DNA from: a virus
Lineage: Duplodnaviria > Heunggongvirae > Uroviricota > Caudoviricetes
DNA length: 64,000 nucleotides
IMG/VR virus record: IMGVR_UViG_3300020048_000019
Coordinates: 1 to 64,000 of that record
Strand: one strand, 5' to 3'
Made by a program: the position numbers and the translations under genes. Below the pieces are notes generated by a model that saw nothing but the letters and a program-made list of their open reading frames with translations, was not told the DNA's origin and did not search any database. Positions 8,951 through 17,773 of this stretch are shown here, piece after piece. Positions within the stretch are counted from its first letter, which is position 1; every line of letters starts with the position of its first letter.

Positions 8951-9133
8951 ATGACTTACACTGTTCAAGAACTTGCCCTGCAATACGCTGAGAAACTGAC
9001 CGCATACCACGAGGCCATGCAAAGCGACTGGAGCGACAAAGAGCGTGCAGTTCGACAGGCCCGTGACGAACTGTATCTTGCACAGAATGTTTTGAACGCG
9101 GCTTGTGAGCGGGACGCAGAACTTTTGGCTTGA
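8951..9133 (+). CDS. hypothetical small protein (60 aa)
   Basis: ORF with a gga RBS. Confidence 0.35.
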   Translation: MTYTVQELALQYAEKLTAYHEAMQSDWSDKERAVRQARDELYLAQNVLNAACERDAELLA

Positions 9134-9158
9134 CCATTAAATCAACATCAGCTATAAT
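9130..9158 (+). promoter_or_regulatory. sigma70-like promoter TTGACC-N17-TATAAT (AGCTATAAT)
   Basis: Read directly. Overlaps the stop of the preceding ORF and precedes the VWA gene. Confidence 0.5.
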
Positions 9159-9183
9159 ACTCACATAGCAACAAGGAATATAC

Positions 9184-10455
9184 ATGACATCCACTACACA
9201 GACCAAAGACGAAAAGAAAAAGTTTGCCAACCTGTTGGGTGCAACAGACCCCAAAGTTGATCGCGAAGTACGAGAAAAGCTGATCACAGCCCGTGTGGGC
9301 CTGCTGCTTCGCGCCAGCTTCTTTGGCAACTTGGCAACTCGGCTGAAGCTGGTGAACGCAGATGAATGGTGCGGTACTGCTGCAACAGACGGTCGTCACT
9401 TCTATTACAATTCGCGATTTATTCAAATGCTGCGTCCCAAAGAAATTGAGTTCTTGTTTGGACATGAAGTCTTGCATTGTGTTTATGATCACTTTGGTCG
9501 TCGTGGTTCACGCGATCCGCAGATGTTCAACATTGCCAATGACTTTTGCGTGAATGCCGACTTGGTCAAACACCGTGTGGGCGAAAAGATTACCACAGTG
9601 CCTTGCCTGTACGACAAAAAGTACGATGGCATGAGCTCAGAAGAAATCTACGACAAGCTGATGGAGAACGTGCAAAAGATCTCCATGAGCGACTTGCTGG
9701 ATCAACTGATTGACGAGCATCTGGATGGTGACGATGACAGTTCGGGTGAAGGTCAGGAAGGTGAAGGCAAGGGCAAGCCCCGGCTCAGTGCTGCAGATCG
9801 TCAAGCCATCAAGGACGAGATCAAAGAAGCCATGTTGGCTGCTGCTCAGACCACAGACGGTGCAGGCAACATCCCAGCTGGTGTGATGCGCATGATCAAG
9901 GAACTCACAGAGCCACAAATGAACTGGCGTGAGCTGCTTCGTATGAATCTAGAAAGCACTATCAAGAGTGACTACACCTGGATGCGTCCAAGCCGTCGAG
10001 GCTGGCACATGGATGCAGTAATGCCAGGTCGTAAAAACGACGAGATGATTGACATTGCTATTGCAATTGATACATCTGGTTCGATTGGCGAAAAAATGTT
10101 GAAGGACTTCTTGGGCGAAGTACAAGGTATCATGGACTCGTTCCCGGCATACAAGATTCACATTGTGAGCTTTGATACTGACACCTACAATCCTGTACAA
10201 TACGACAGTGACAACTTGGACAGTATCATGGACTATGAGCCAGCTGGTGGCGGTGGTACTGACTTTGATGCCATCTATCGTTACTTGAAGGACGAAGACA
10301 TCCAACCGCGGCGCTTGGTGGTGTTTACAGACGGCTATCCGTTTGGTTCATGGGGTGATGAAAACTACTGTGACGCCACTTGGATCTTGCACGGTACCAC
10401 CAGCATTGTTCCGCCCTGGGGCACATATGCCTACTACGAGGAAAGCAGCAAATGA
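9184..10455 (+). CDS. VWA-domain protein with N-terminal HExxH metallopeptidase-like region (DUF2201-like partner of MoxR ATPases)
   Basis: HEVLHCVYDH (HExxH). MIDAS-type motif IAIDTSGSIG and VVFTDGYP of a von Willebrand A fold. Confidence 0.6.
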   Translation: MTSTTQTKDEKKKFANLLGATDPKVDREVREKLITARVGLLLRASFFGNLATRLKLVNADEWCGTAATDGRHFYYNSRFIQMLRPKEIEFLFGHEVLHCVYDHFGRRGSRDPQMFNIANDFCVNADLVKHRVGEKITTVPCLYDKKYDGMSSEEIYDKLMENVQKISMSDLLDQLIDEHLDGDDDSSGEGQEGEGKGKPRLSAADRQAIKDEIKEAMLAAAQTTDGAGNIPAGVMRMIKELTEPQMNWRELLRMNLESTIKSDYTWMRPSRRGWHMDAVMPGRKNDEMIDIAIAIDTSGSIGEKMLKDFLGEVQGIMDSFPAYKIHIVSFDTDTYNPVQYDSDNLDSIMDYEPAGGGGTDFDAIYRYLKDEDIQPRRLVVFTDGYPFGSWGDENYCDATWILHGTTSIVPPWGTYAYYEESSK

Positions 10456-10637
10456 TCGAAATGCGTTGGTTTGTACCCGTAGAAGGCGAGAAGGTGTTAC
10501 AGTATCGCCAGCAGGTTGACGCTACTGTTCGAGCAGGCATGTGGAATCAAGAGTCAACCAGTGCCACTGCCAACATGCAATGGAGCCAGTGGCACGATGT
10601 GCCCTTGGTAGCCGAACGTGATCCTAGTTATCCTTGA
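10452..10637 (+). CDS. hypothetical small protein (61 aa)
   Basis: ATGA overlap with the VWA gene. The track ORF 10380..10637 extends upstream into the VWA gene. Confidence 0.3.
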   Translation: MIEMRWFVPVEGEKVLQYRQQVDATVRAGMWNQESTSATANMQWSQWHDVPLVAERDPSYP

Positions 10638-10646
10638 AAGGTTGTT

Positions 10647-10946
10647 ATGAAAATTAACTTGGCTGCAGATACTGCATCTTCAAAAGAACAACAAAAATTT
10701 GTTTATTGGCTTGCTTCTGAAATGGCCAAAGAATACAAAATTCACTCAAGTGTTGTCATGCATTTTATTAATGAAGGCAACGATGACTTTCGTAACTGGA
10801 TTAAACAAACGCATAATGTCAATGTTGGTCGATTTTTGTTTAGAGACGATACACAGACATACGGATCAGGATTTGATTTTGAAGATAGTCCTGAGCTAAC
10901 TGCATTGTTACTGAAAGTTCCTACTGGCAAACTAGTGTTAAAGTGA
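10647..10946 (+). CDS. hypothetical protein (99 aa)
   Basis: ORF with ATG and an RBS-like aaaggttgtt. Confidence 0.4.
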   Translation: MKINLAADTASSKEQQKFVYWLASEMAKEYKIHSSVVMHFINEGNDDFRNWIKQTHNVNVGRFLFRDDTQTYGSGFDFEDSPELTALLLKVPTGKLVLK

Positions 10947-10953
10947 GGATGAT

Positions 10954-11130
10954 ATGATTAAAATGTTTACAATGTGGTTGATACTGAGTGTGGCGATTGG
11001 TTTTGGTATCATAGCAGTTCGCCAACTTACCGGAAAACAACAATGGCAGTTGACAAAGCTGCTGGCCTATGCTATAATGTGTTCACTGGCAGCGGTGGTG
11101 CTCTTGGGCATCATTGTTGTTTTATTCTAA
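10954..11130 (+). CDS. small hydrophobic (two-TM-like) membrane peptide, 59 aa
   Basis: Strong RBS GAGGA 5 nt upstream. Contains the internal perfect promoter at 11050-11078. Confidence 0.4.
   Translation: MIKMFTMWLILSVAIGFGIIAVRQLTGKQQWQLTKLLAYAIMCSLAAVVLLGIIVVLF
11050..11078 (+). promoter_or_regulatory. perfect-consensus promoter TTGACA-N17-TATAAT (TGCTATAAT) inside a small membrane-peptide ORF
   Basis: Read directly. Would drive the 28-aa peptide ORF (11140) and the SPFH gene (11227). Confidence 0.5.
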
Positions 11131-11139
11131 AGGAATTTT

Positions 11140-11226
11140 ATGATCAATGACTTTTGGCTCAGGCCTTTGTATTTTGCTCTTGGTTTCACTGTGTGTTTTT
11201 ATCTTTTTTCTACTGGAGTTATTTAA
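11140..11226 (+). CDS. tiny hydrophobic peptide (28 aa)
   Basis: AGGA RBS. Its stop is immediately followed by the ATG of the next gene. Confidence 0.2.
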   Translation: MINDFWLRPLYFALGFTVCFYLFSTGVI

Positions 11227-12024
11227 ATGAATCGTTCTATCAAACTGTCTATCGTTGCTGCTGCTGTTGCATTGACCTCGGCTTGCACTCGAATTGAAAC
11301 TGGCGAAGTTGGTGTGCGTGTAGGCTTTGACAAACAAGTACAAAGCGGCGAGCTCTTGCCTGGTAGCTTTAACCAAAGTCTTGTGGGCACTATCCTTACA
11401 TTTCCAATCAAGGACGTTAACGTGGTTCTGGAAAATATGACTCCGGTGGCCAGCGACAACTCCACAATGAAAGACTTGGATGCTGTGGTTGTTTACAACA
11501 TCAACCCGCAACAAGTTGCCGAACTGTATTCAACCAAGAACAAGAGCTTTCACGCAGAGTTCAAAGGTGACACTTATGTGATGTACAACTATATTGTTCA
11601 GACTGCTCGTAATGCTATCTACAAAGCAGCACGTAAGTATGAGGCCCTGGACATGGCAGACAAGCGAAGTGAAATGGAAAAGTTCATTCAGGATGAAATC
11701 GTCAAGAACTTGACTGAAGAAAAGCTGGACGGTAGTATCACTATCAGCCAAGTGATGATTCGTAATGTGTTGCCTAGCGACACGGTAGTTGAAAGTGCCA
11801 ATGCCCTGGTCCGTTCCAAGAATGAACTCAAGCAGAAAGAAGTTGAAGTCAAGACTGCTGAAGCTGAATCGCGTCGTATGGCAGCACTGGCCAACAACTC
11901 CGGAGCAAGTATTGCATTCATGCAAGCACAGGCTATGTTGAACGTGAGTGAAGGTATCAAGAACGGCAAGGTTCAGACCATTGTTGTTCCAAGTAACTTC
12001 AACGCACTCATGATGCCCAAGTAA
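11227..12024 (+). CDS. SPFH/band-7 (prohibitin-like) domain lipoprotein
   Basis: Signal peptide with lipobox LTSAC. Body pattern EVGVRVGFDK..., DAVVVY.I and AEAESRR is consistent with an SPFH fold. GGAG RBS. Confidence 0.45.
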   Translation: MNRSIKLSIVAAAVALTSACTRIETGEVGVRVGFDKQVQSGELLPGSFNQSLVGTILTFPIKDVNVVLENMTPVASDNSTMKDLDAVVVYNINPQQVAELYSTKNKSFHAEFKGDTYVMYNYIVQTARNAIYKAARKYEALDMADKRSEMEKFIQDEIVKNLTEEKLDGSITISQVMIRNVLPSDTVVESANALVRSKNELKQKEVEVKTAEAESRRMAALANNSGASIAFMQAQAMLNVSEGIKNGKVQTIVVPSNFNALMMPK

Positions 12025-12183
12025 TGAGCAATCTTTGGTTCAACATCAGATTTGGTGTGCGCCATTTTCAGTTCTCAAGGGACTGGAAAATAACATTTCG
12101 TGTTAATCCTTACTTTCTTGAGAATCCTCCTACTAAATGGTTTGAAGTTTATTGTTTATTTGGAAAACAGATAGGAATTTAAT

Positions 12184-12408
12184 ATGCCCACAGTATACAC
12201 CGAAGTTGAAGTTGACGTTGATCTCGAGGACTTTGAGACTGATGACTTGATTGATGAGCTTGAGCGCCGTGGATCACTACCCACAGAAGGTGACTTTGAT
12301 GCCAAGGAATTGTTGACTGCAATTTGGCTCAAACGTAGAACAGGTAATAGCAACTATCAGACTGAGTTGGATAATCTAATCTATCAAGTACTAGGGCACG
12401 TGGTATGA
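12184..12408 (+). CDS. hypothetical acidic protein (74 aa)
   Basis: ORF only. Confidence 0.4.
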   Translation: MPTVYTEVEVDVDLEDFETDDLIDELERRGSLPTEGDFDAKELLTAIWLKRRTGNSNYQTELDNLIYQVLGHVV

Positions 12409-12530
12409 ACTTTCAAAGCGTAATAGAACTTTTTGCCCTGGGATTCATTGTTGGATATGTGTGGAACCCGTTGTGGGCAATAGTAAAGAAGATTTGGTCC
12501 GAAGCTAAACAAGCCCGAAAGGAATGGTAA
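12405..12530 (+). CDS. small hydrophobic peptide (41 aa)
   Basis: ATGA overlap with the upstream gene. Its stop overlaps the next ATG. Confidence 0.2.
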   Translation: MNFQSVIELFALGFIVGYVWNPLWAIVKKIWSEAKQARKEW

Positions 12531-12733
12531 TGACAAAAGCTGTAAAATTTGATCGCTTTGATCTTGAACAAGGCATCATGCAATGTTGGAACATGATTGA
12601 TGATGTCAAACTCTTGGTCAAGCGTGGCGCCCCGGTAGAAGACTTTGACGGTTTGGGCAAGTTGTATCAACACAAGTTTGAAGAGCTATTTGCTCAATTT
12701 GAAAACGGAATCTCTGAAGGAAAAATTCTATGA
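12524..12733 (+). CDS. hypothetical protein (69 aa)
   Basis: ORF only. Confidence 0.4.
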   Translation: MVMTKAVKFDRFDLEQGIMQCWNMIDDVKLLVKRGAPVEDFDGLGKLYQHKFEELFAQFENGISEGKIL

Positions 12734-12907
12734 ATAAATTTAGAACATGGTATGTGACTCACCAAGATGCTATCACTTGGTTCTTGATCGGGGTGTTGAT
12801 CACTGGCGGAATTGATCAGATGGCACGTGGTGATTACATGTGGGCCTGCGTTAATTTTGCTCTAGCATATGTTAACTATCTACTACGCCGACAACAACTG
12901 AGCTGAT

Positions 12908-13147
12908 ATGGGTACCCAGACTGATTACTTCAATCGCATAGGCTACAAACATGTTTATGATATTGGTGACAGAGTATTTGGGCACTGGAACAAGATACCA
13001 TTTGTGGCCACAGTGGGCAATGATCGAAAAATCAACGATATTGATGGTCCCGAAGTAACTGTACACTTGGACTTGCCTATCAAGTATCAAGATCGGGTAT
13101 ATACGTTCTTGATCGTCAAGCATAAAGACATTAAACTCTACCGATAA
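12908..13147 (+). CDS. hypothetical protein (79 aa)
   Basis: ORF only. Confidence 0.4.
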   Translation: MGTQTDYFNRIGYKHVYDIGDRVFGHWNKIPFVATVGNDRKINDIDGPEVTVHLDLPIKYQDRVYTFLIVKHKDIKLYR

Positions 13148-13184
13148 AAAATCTGCCACCCGCATACAGCAAGTAAATATCTGT

Positions 13185-13376
13185 ATGGAAAACGCACAAT
13201 TAACAGTGGCCGACATGGTCAATCTTAAAACACTCATCGAAGCATCGGCCAAGCGCGGTGCGTTTACTGCTGCCGAAATGAGTAACGTTGGGGCAATCTA
13301 CGACAAGCTAAATCGCTTTGTTGAGGCCAGCACCCAGCAACTGCGTCAGCAGGCACAAGGAGAGCAAAATGCTTAA
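13185..13376 (+). CDS. hypothetical protein (63 aa)
   Basis: ORF only. Confidence 0.35.
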   Translation: MENAQLTVADMVNLKTLIEASAKRGAFTAAEMSNVGAIYDKLNRFVEASTQQLRQQAQGEQNA

Positions 13377-14112
13377 ACATATTGGTAGACACGGTGACCG
13401 CAAGGTTGCAATTTTATTTAGAGAAGTACCCGGCGAAGACCATATGTGTCTAGTTGTGTATCCCGAAGTCCTTCCTACACATATTCATGATAGTATCATG
13501 AGAACACTGGAAAGCGAAGTTGGGCAGCAAGCTACAAACTTGGCAGAGGCCTTGCATCGTAATCTATTGCCAGATGGTCGTCCACAACTGGAAGCCTTGC
13601 ACAAAGAAGGCATGATCAAGAAGATTCCCACAGCCCAAGTTATTGTGACTCCAACCGCACAAAGCTCAGTCAAGCTGGACGAACTCAACAAGATTGTTCG
13701 TGAGATGGAATCTGGTGATCAGGCACTCAAGCGTTTACAAGAACTTGATCGCAATACTGGATTCGTTGACCCTGCACAAAAACGCAAGGCCGAAGCTGAA
13801 TATAAGCGAAGTCGAGAGCGTCAGGCACAGAACACGGCCTTGCCTGTGCAAGCTCCACCCAACAGTGCGTTAGATGATAAAACACTTGCCGGTGACATGA
13901 TTTCGCAAGCCAAGCGTATGGAAATTGAAGCTCGTAGTATGATTGCCGAAGCTGCTCGCATGAAGAAAGATGCCGAACGCATGTTCCCTGGTGCAGTACC
14001 AAAAGAAGCAACCACAATTGTAACCGTGGCCGCAGATAGTGTTGCTGCTACACCAAGAAAAGGACGCCCACCAAAGGCCAAGGCAGTAACTGCTGATGCT
14101 ACAGTTCAGTAA
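13369..14112 (+). CDS. hypothetical protein with C-terminal AT-hook-like motif (PRKGRPPKAKA)
   Basis: Start re-assigned to ATG 13369 (ATGCTTAA overlap with the upstream stop). Ala/Glu/Lys-rich helical region plus a GRP AT-hook core. Confidence 0.4.
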   Translation: MLKHIGRHGDRKVAILFREVPGEDHMCLVVYPEVLPTHIHDSIMRTLESEVGQQATNLAEALHRNLLPDGRPQLEALHKEGMIKKIPTAQVIVTPTAQSSVKLDELNKIVREMESGDQALKRLQELDRNTGFVDPAQKRKAEAEYKRSRERQAQNTALPVQAPPNSALDDKTLAGDMISQAKRMEIEARSMIAEAARMKKDAERMFPGAVPKEATTIVTVAADSVAATPRKGRPPKAKAVTADATVQ

Positions 14113-14401
14113 TGAATTTCTTGCCAAGTGGGAACACATTATTGATGAGGTAGTCAAAACTGATGTTCCGCTCGAATGCATCAAAAAAATAATAATCAAA
14201 TTAGATGGTAGGAAACAACGTACCATCAATTTGTACAAGCTACGGCAACAAGGACTCAGCAACGACGATTTGGAATCTGTACTAACAAGAACGCTGGACG
14301 AACTCAATGATGAAATCATCGATATTGCGTTTGTTGTAGATATTGGCGCTGTGGCTGAACTTGTCCAACCCGAAACTGACAAACTGCTCAACGGCCTTTA
14401 A
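14096..14401 (+). CDS. hypothetical protein (101 aa)
   Basis: ORF only. Confidence 0.35.
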   Translation: MLQFSNEFLAKWEHIIDEVVKTDVPLECIKKIIIKLDGRKQRTINLYKLRQQGLSNDDLESVLTRTLDELNDEIIDIAFVVDIGAVAELVQPETDKLLNGL

Positions 14402-14430
14402 GCTGTTGGGCTTTTTAACTATCAAACAAC

Positions 14431-15120
14431 ATGAATGTTACCCTTTTATCCTACAGTCAACCCACCGAAGAATTTAGATCTCAAGGAGTTGACGACGCAC
14501 AAGAACTTATCGCGTACTGTGCCCGTGTGTCCAATCCAGCCAACCAGTTCAACACTGAAACAAGTGAAAAGCTCATTCGGTACTTGGTCAAGCACCAACA
14601 CTGGAGCCCACTCGAAATGGTGTCAGCCTGCATGGAAATTGTTACCACACGAGACATTGCCCGACAGATACTGCGTCACAGAAGTTTCAGCTTCCAAGAG
14701 TTCAGTCAGCGATACGCTGATCCTACAGCTGAACTTGATGAAGCGTTTGTGCTACGTGAGTGTCGACTCCAGGACACCAAGAATAGACAGAACAGTGTAG
14801 AGCTAGACATGAACGACGAAGCTCAAAAGCTAATTGCTATTGAATGGGAACGTGCCCAGAAGCGTGTGTTGTTCAGTGTCAAGCAAGAGTATTCTTGGGC
14901 CATCAAGAACGGTATTGCCAAAGAACAAGCTCGGGCTGTGTTACCTGAGGGATTGACTGTTAGCCGAATGTACATGAACGGTACTATCCGATCATGGATC
15001 CACTATATCATGTTGCGCAAAGAAAACGGTACACAAAAAGAGCATGCTGATATTGCTCTTGCATGTGCTCAGGCCATTGCTGCAATTTTCCCAATGGCTA
15101 CCGATATGATTGCAAAATAA
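14431..15120 (+). CDS. thyX: flavin-dependent thymidylate synthase ThyX
   Basis: ThyX signature RHRSFSFQEFSQRY (RHRxxSxxxxSxR) and size of about 230 aa. Confidence 0.8.
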   Translation: MNVTLLSYSQPTEEFRSQGVDDAQELIAYCARVSNPANQFNTETSEKLIRYLVKHQHWSPLEMVSACMEIVTTRDIARQILRHRSFSFQEFSQRYADPTAELDEAFVLRECRLQDTKNRQNSVELDMNDEAQKLIAIEWERAQKRVLFSVKQEYSWAIKNGIAKEQARAVLPEGLTVSRMYMNGTIRSWIHYIMLRKENGTQKEHADIALACAQAIAAIFPMATDMIAK

Positions 15121-15138
15121 TGTGTTGCATGCTATAAT
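15110..15138 (+). promoter_or_regulatory. sigma70-like promoter TTGCAA-N17-TATAAT (TGCTATAAT)
   Basis: Read directly. Lies immediately after the thyX stop. Confidence 0.4.
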
Positions 15139-15176
15139 ACAGCATGGCAATAACTCGTAATCACACAGCGGAATAT

Positions 15177-15479
15177 ATGAACGTGACGCCGTCGGAAGTT
15201 AAAATCATCGACGGCGTCGCCGTGAAGTACTTGGATGTTCTGGTACACACATTTAGATTAGGCGATGTAGAAGATCCAGTAATCTATGCAGCAGCGCCTA
15301 TATGGGAATGGAAGCAAACAGATGCAGGCCAGTGGGTAATGGAACATGCTGTGGAAAAACCTTACTGGACCAAACGAGTAGACTATCACAGTTACGGATA
15401 TGAGTTCAATATCATTGCTCGCTTGCGTGAGTCAGATGCAGTGTTTTTTAGGTTAAAGTATGTGGGAACAAAAAATTGA
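15177..15479 (+). CDS. hypothetical protein (100 aa)
   Basis: The track ORF starts at 15144, only 5 nt after the -10 box. The internal ATG at 15177 is more plausible. Confidence 0.35.
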   Translation: MNVTPSEVKIIDGVAVKYLDVLVHTFRLGDVEDPVIYAAAPIWEWKQTDAGQWVMEHAVEKPYWTKRVDYHSYGYEFNIIARLRESDAVFFRLKYVGTKN

Positions 15480-15735
15480 ATATGTAGACGCCGAAGTCAC
15501 ACTTCCGCCTCCAGTAAAGAAGCAGGTGTGGGACGGTGAGAAGTTTGTACCGATGACACTGTATAAAACAAAAGGCTGGCCAGGCATGGAAGCAGAGAAC
15601 TGGTTGCTTGAAACTTTTGGGCACCCAGGCACATACCGTGCTGGAAGATTTTGGGATTACAGTAGAGCCGGAGACTTCACGCTGATGGATGAAAAAGTTT
15701 ATACATGGTATCAAATGAAATGGAGTAAAAGATGA
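15460..15735 (+). CDS. hypothetical protein (91 aa)
   Basis: ORF only. Confidence 0.35.
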   Translation: MWEQKIEYVDAEVTLPPPVKKQVWDGEKFVPMTLYKTKGWPGMEAENWLLETFGHPGTYRAGRFWDYSRAGDFTLMDEKVYTWYQMKWSKR

Positions 15736-16706
15736 CAAAAATTTTAGTAACAGGTGGTCTAGGCCTGATTGGGCACAACGTTGTGCAGCGTTTGCAACAG
15801 CGAGGTGACGATGTTTCAATTATAGACAATCAGACAACATACGGTATTATACCGCGTGAAGAAATTGATTATCTAGTAGGCGAGAGGCTCAAGAAGATTG
15901 AAAAGTGTCATATCTATCATGATTACATTGAAAATGCAAGTCGTGTAGACGCTATTATGGATACAGAAAAACCTGAGATAATAGTACACATGGCCAGTTT
16001 TCCTAGACAAAAAGTTGTTAATGCGAATCCAGCAAACGGTTCGCGTGTGATGATGGAAGGCTTGATCAACATGTTGGAGAGTGCCAAAAAGCACAAGGTC
16101 GAGCGCTTTGTTTACATCAGTTCTAGCATGGTGTACGGAGACTTTGAAGATCAAGTGCTGGAAGATGACCCTTGTGCGCCACAAGGACAGTACGGCATCA
16201 TGAAACTGGCAGGAGAATGGTTGGTCAAAGATTATGCAAGAAAGACAGGCATGGAATATGTTATTATCCGTCCGTCGGCAGTATACGGGCCTTTGGACGT
16301 GGAAGATAGAGTTGTTGCAAAGTTTATGCTGGCTGCAATGCGTGGGCATACCCTTAAGGTCAACGGAGCGTCAGAAACCCTGGACTTTACCTATGTGGAT
16401 GACGCTGCAGATGGCATCGTGGCGGCTGCAACTCGAATCATGGCGAGAAATAATACTTACAACATCACTAAAAGTCACTCAGTTACACTACAAGAGGCCG
16501 CGGAAATGATCGTGGAGATTGTGGGATCGGGTTCCATCGAAGTACGCGACAAGGATGCAGACTTTCCTAGCCGCGGTGCTCTCAACATTGATCGTTCTAG
16601 AACTATTCTGGGATTTGATCCCAGGGTGGATGTGCATGAAGGATTTCAGAAGTACTATGAATGGTTGAGTACATCTACATACTGGCAAGCTCAAATAAAA
16701 CAATGA
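15732..16706 (+). CDS. NAD-dependent sugar-nucleotide epimerase/dehydratase (extended SDR)
   Basis: TGGLGLIGHNVV Rossmann motif and YGIMK (YxxxK) catalytic motif. ATGA overlap with the upstream gene. Confidence 0.7.
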   Translation: MTKILVTGGLGLIGHNVVQRLQQRGDDVSIIDNQTTYGIIPREEIDYLVGERLKKIEKCHIYHDYIENASRVDAIMDTEKPEIIVHMASFPRQKVVNANPANGSRVMMEGLINMLESAKKHKVERFVYISSSMVYGDFEDQVLEDDPCAPQGQYGIMKLAGEWLVKDYARKTGMEYVIIRPSAVYGPLDVEDRVVAKFMLAAMRGHTLKVNGASETLDFTYVDDAADGIVAAATRIMARNNTYNITKSHSVTLQEAAEMIVEIVGSGSIEVRDKDADFPSRGALNIDRSRTILGFDPRVDVHEGFQKYYEWLSTSTYWQAQIKQ

Positions 16707-17773
16707 AAATCCCATTTACAGGCATTCAGAGGCAGTATGTAAATCTTCGAGAGGAGATCCTGGATATCACTGATCAAGTGCTTGTTACAGGCCATCTCAT
16801 GAACGGGCCAAGGACCATGGCGTTTGAAGACTGGCTGGCCAACAAGAATCATGTGAAGTACGCTGTGACTTGTCACTCGGGCACACAGGCGCTGGAACTG
16901 ATTGCTAGCTTTCATCGGCAATACGGGTTCGGCGGTGCCACTCCTACTGTGCTGATTCCAGCCATGACCTATATTGCCACAGCCAATGCTTGGGTCAAAG
17001 CGGGCTGGAACATTCACATTGTGGACACCGACGGCTACGGTCTAATAGATCCCAAGAAGGTACCTCGTGACCTAGTGTTCCACGCTGTGTGTACTGTGGG
17101 ATTGTACGGTGCTGCATATAATCGCTGGTTCCCAAACGAAGGCAACTATGTCATGATCGAGGATGGTGCCCAACACTGGCTCTCCAATGATTGTAGACGC
17201 CACGGTGCTGCATGTGCTATTAGCTTTGATCCCACCAAGAACTTTGCTAACTATGGCAATGGCGGCGCTGTGGTTACAAACGATCGACAACTGTTAGACT
17301 TTGCACGAGACTGGCAAAGCAATGGTCGAGGCGGTGGTGATGCCTATTATGTGACCAACAGTCGCATGAGTGAAGTAGACTGTGCGCAAATGATGATCAA
17401 GGCACGCTATCTCAACGAATGGCAGGCTCGTCGTGAAACGATTGCTAGATACTGGATGGATCAATTAACCGACTTACCAATACGTTGCTTGATCGACAGC
17501 ACCAACGTAGACAAACACTGCTTTCACAAGTTTGTAATTGACATTGACAACAGAGATTCTGTTATGAATAAACTAGCTGATGCTGACATTTCTACCAAGA
17601 TTCACTACACGCGACCCCTGCACGAAGAACCTAGATATGTAAACACCCCAGGACCAGACATGATGAGTGCAGCAAGTAGTCTAGCTCGTCGTGGACTCAG
17701 CTTGCCCATCTACCCTGAGCTAACTGATACTGAAGTTGAGTTTATTGCTGATCAGGTACTAAAGAACGTTTGA
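16703..17773 (+). CDS. DegT/DnrJ/EryC1/StrS-family PLP-dependent sugar aminotransferase
   Basis: Start re-assigned to MKIPFTG (ATGA overlap with the epimerase stop). Block ISFDPTKNFANYGNGGAVVTND matches the DegT PLP-lysine region. Confidence 0.6.
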   Translation: MKIPFTGIQRQYVNLREEILDITDQVLVTGHLMNGPRTMAFEDWLANKNHVKYAVTCHSGTQALELIASFHRQYGFGGATPTVLIPAMTYIATANAWVKAGWNIHIVDTDGYGLIDPKKVPRDLVFHAVCTVGLYGAAYNRWFPNEGNYVMIEDGAQHWLSNDCRRHGAACAISFDPTKNFANYGNGGAVVTNDRQLLDFARDWQSNGRGGGDAYYVTNSRMSEVDCAQMMIKARYLNEWQARRETIARYWMDQLTDLPIRCLIDSTNVDKHCFHKFVIDIDNRDSVMNKLADADISTKIHYTRPLHEEPRYVNTPGPDMMSAASSLARRGLSLPIYPELTDTEVEFIADQVLKNV

